Shown one piece after another: positions 61,843-64,000 of a stretch of 64,000 bases of DNA. Positions within the stretch are counted from its first letter, which is position 1. Each line of letters opens with the position of its first letter. Both the position numbers and the translations under genes were made by a program. The notes under the pieces were generated by a model. The model saw only the letters and a program-made list of their open reading frames with translations, searched no databases and was not told the DNA's origin. The stretch is from Mustelus asterias (lineage: Eukaryota), in contig NW_027590144.1 of the NCBI RefSeq assembly GCF_964213995.1, positions 868,001-932,000 of the forward strand. The letters run 5' to 3'.

Positions 61843-62724
61843 AGCAATGTTTACAGGAAGCCTGCCATTTTGCGATTTGTATTAATGAACCGTTGGAAAT
61901 CCGACTATCAAAATGTGCCTCAGATCTGCGATACCTTATTGGAATGTTTGTTTGAATGTTGGTTTATAATTAGCTTATTGTAATAATGGTGTTTAGAATA
62001 TGTGATTGCTTGTATTTGTAGAGTGTTGCTCTCTGTAGTTTCTGGAATGTAAATATGTTGTAGAAATGTGTCATTGCTGTGCATGCCAATGCCTGGGCCT
62101 TGCTTGACTGTTGAGTGACTGTGGAATTCCTGACAGATACTGGTCCTGAGTTTGTGATCCATCACGCTTCGCATTCAGGATCAAAGAGGGGACTGTGGCC
62201 AAACGGCCCACCTAAAATGGCGATTTATCAAGCACTCCAGGACAATTGGGCAAGAACTAAAACAGCAGGCTGCAGCCGAAAAGACGCTGCAATATCAACT
62301 GAAGCCACATACAACAACAAAGCCCATTGAACTTGCGCCGTGCATGTAAGGAAACATGCCCAGTTTCTTCACAGTGCTGTTTTCAATCAGAAATGGGTGG
62401 AGACAGAGTCTCACTTTGCTCTTTTGCAGAGTCCAATTGGAGATTAACACTTTGTTGACCTGAGGTAAATTTGCTGGGAAGCTATGTCCTCTTTAGGAGC
62501 CCCTTCTACTTGAAGTAGAATGTTGCCAGCTTCACCAATCTTTCCAAAAGTCTGACCATTCTCATCATAAGCTCCGCTGGCTCACCCCATCTTTCCCTCC
62601 CTCAAAAACCAATCACGAACTAAACAATATCGTCTCATGCCATTTTGCAACATCTTCAAGTCGCTTCATCTCTTCAAAGCCAGCACCCAGTGCTACACCA
62701 GGCCAAGCTGCCACTTTCAACCCT

Positions 62725-64000
62725 TCATAGAACATAGAACATAGAACATTACAGCGCAGAACAGGCCCTTCGGCCCACGATGTTGCACCGACCAGTTAAA
62801 AAAAAAAAAAACTGTGACCCTCCAACCTAAACCAATTTCTTTTCGTCCATGAACCTATCTACGGATCTCTTAAACGCCCCCAAACTAGGCGCATTTACTA
62901 CTGATGCTGGCAGGGCATTCCAATCCCTCACCACCCTCTGGGTAAAGAACCTACCCCTGACATCGGTTCTATAACTACCCCCCCTCAATTTAAAGCCATG
63001 CCCCCTCGTGCTGGATTTCTCCATCAGAGGAAAAAGGCTATCACTATCCACCCTATCTAAACCTCTAATCATCTTATATGTTTCAATAAGATCCCCTCTT
63101 AGCCGCCGCCTTTCCAGCGAAAACAATCCCAAATCCCTCAGCCTCTCCTCATAGGATCTCCCCTCCATACCAGGCAACATCCTGGTAAACCTCCTCTGCA
63201 CCCTCTCCAAAGCCTCCACATCCTTCCTGTAATGTGGGGACCAGAACTGCACACAGTACTCCAAGTGCGGCCGCACCAGAGTTGTGTACAGTTGCAACAT
63301 AACGCTACGACTCCTAAATTCAATCCCCCTACCAATAAACGCCAAGACACCATATGCCTTCTTAACAACCTTATCTACTTGATTCCCAACTTTCAGGGAT
63401 CTATGCACACATACACCTAGATCCCTCTGCTCCTCCACACTATTCAAAGTCCTCCCGTTAGCCCTATACTCAACACATCTGTTATTCCTACCAAAGTGAA
63501 TTACCTCACACTTCTCCGCATTAAACTCCATCCGCCACCTCTCGGCCCAACTTTGCAACCTGTCTAAGTCTTCCTGCAAACTACGACACCCTTCCTCACT
63601 GTCTACCACACCACCGACTTTGGTGTCATCAGCAAATTTGCTAATCCACCCAACTATACCCTCATCCAGATCATTAATAAATATTACAAACAGCAGTGGC
63701 CCCAAAACAGATCCCTGAGGTACACCACTTGTAACCGCACTCCATGATGAATATTTACTATCAACCACCACCCTCTGTTTCCTATCCGCTAGCCAATTCC
63801 TGATCCAATTTCCTAGATCACCCCCAATCCCATACATCTGCATTTTCTGCAGAAGCCTACCATGGTGAACCTTATCAAACGCCTTACTAAAATCCATATA
63901 TACCACGTCCACTGCCTTGCCCCCATCCACCTCCTTGGTCACTTTCTCAAAAAACTCAATAAGGTTAGTAAGGCACGACCTACCTGCCACAAAACCATGC
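62725..64000 (-). mobile_element. Young CR1 LINE 3' part (runs off the window)
   Basis: Uninterrupted 387-aa RT ORF 62827-63990; (catagaa)n tail on the + strand. Confidence 0.95.

Larger units (their letters stand above)
55963..62340 (+). mobile_element. Degraded endogenous retrovirus-like element (pro-RNase H-integrase-env-PPT-partial 3' LTR), lokiretrovirus-like
   Basis: HILGSD protease end (56034); RNase H blocks (56310-56370; IHSDS..W..R.F.SAD and GNCKADALAK at 57187-57420); integrase; env remnants; PPT aaagagggga 62183-62192 followed by TG at 62194. Confidence 0.8.

Overview
This is eukaryotic, repeat-dense vertebrate DNA. It is most likely from a cartilaginous fish (shark), inferred from the V-SINE/HE1-type SINEs, the CR1 tails, the Penelope termini and a GPR139-like receptor. 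Most long ORFs in the track are CR1 LINE fragments. One near-full-length CR1 lies at 36946-42027 (-), with an esterase ORF1, an APE-RT ORF2 and tandem 220-bp 5' monomers. The non-TE content is: (1) an apparently functional intron-containing tRNA-Pro(TGG) gene at 7764-7853; (2) a two-exon GPR139-like GPCR pseudogene; (3) an intact, isolated TCR alpha/delta-type V gene segment with leader exon and 23-RSS at 20263-20759; (4) a decayed tandem array of about 14 tRNA-Val copies in ~1-1.5 kb units, interrupted by Arg/Pro/Glu/Ser/Leu tRNA pseudogenes. At the right end is a degraded endogenous retrovirus-like element (protease, RNase H, integrase, env-like gene, PPT/LTR start). Its env looks like a paramyxo/pneumovirus F-type fusion protein rather than a retroviral env, which suggests a lokiretrovirus-like lineage. 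Penelope-associated minimal hammerhead ribozyme motifs, nested insertions, target-site duplications and a locally templated inverted insertion are also visible. All family assignments come from motif recognition by eye; no database searches were run.
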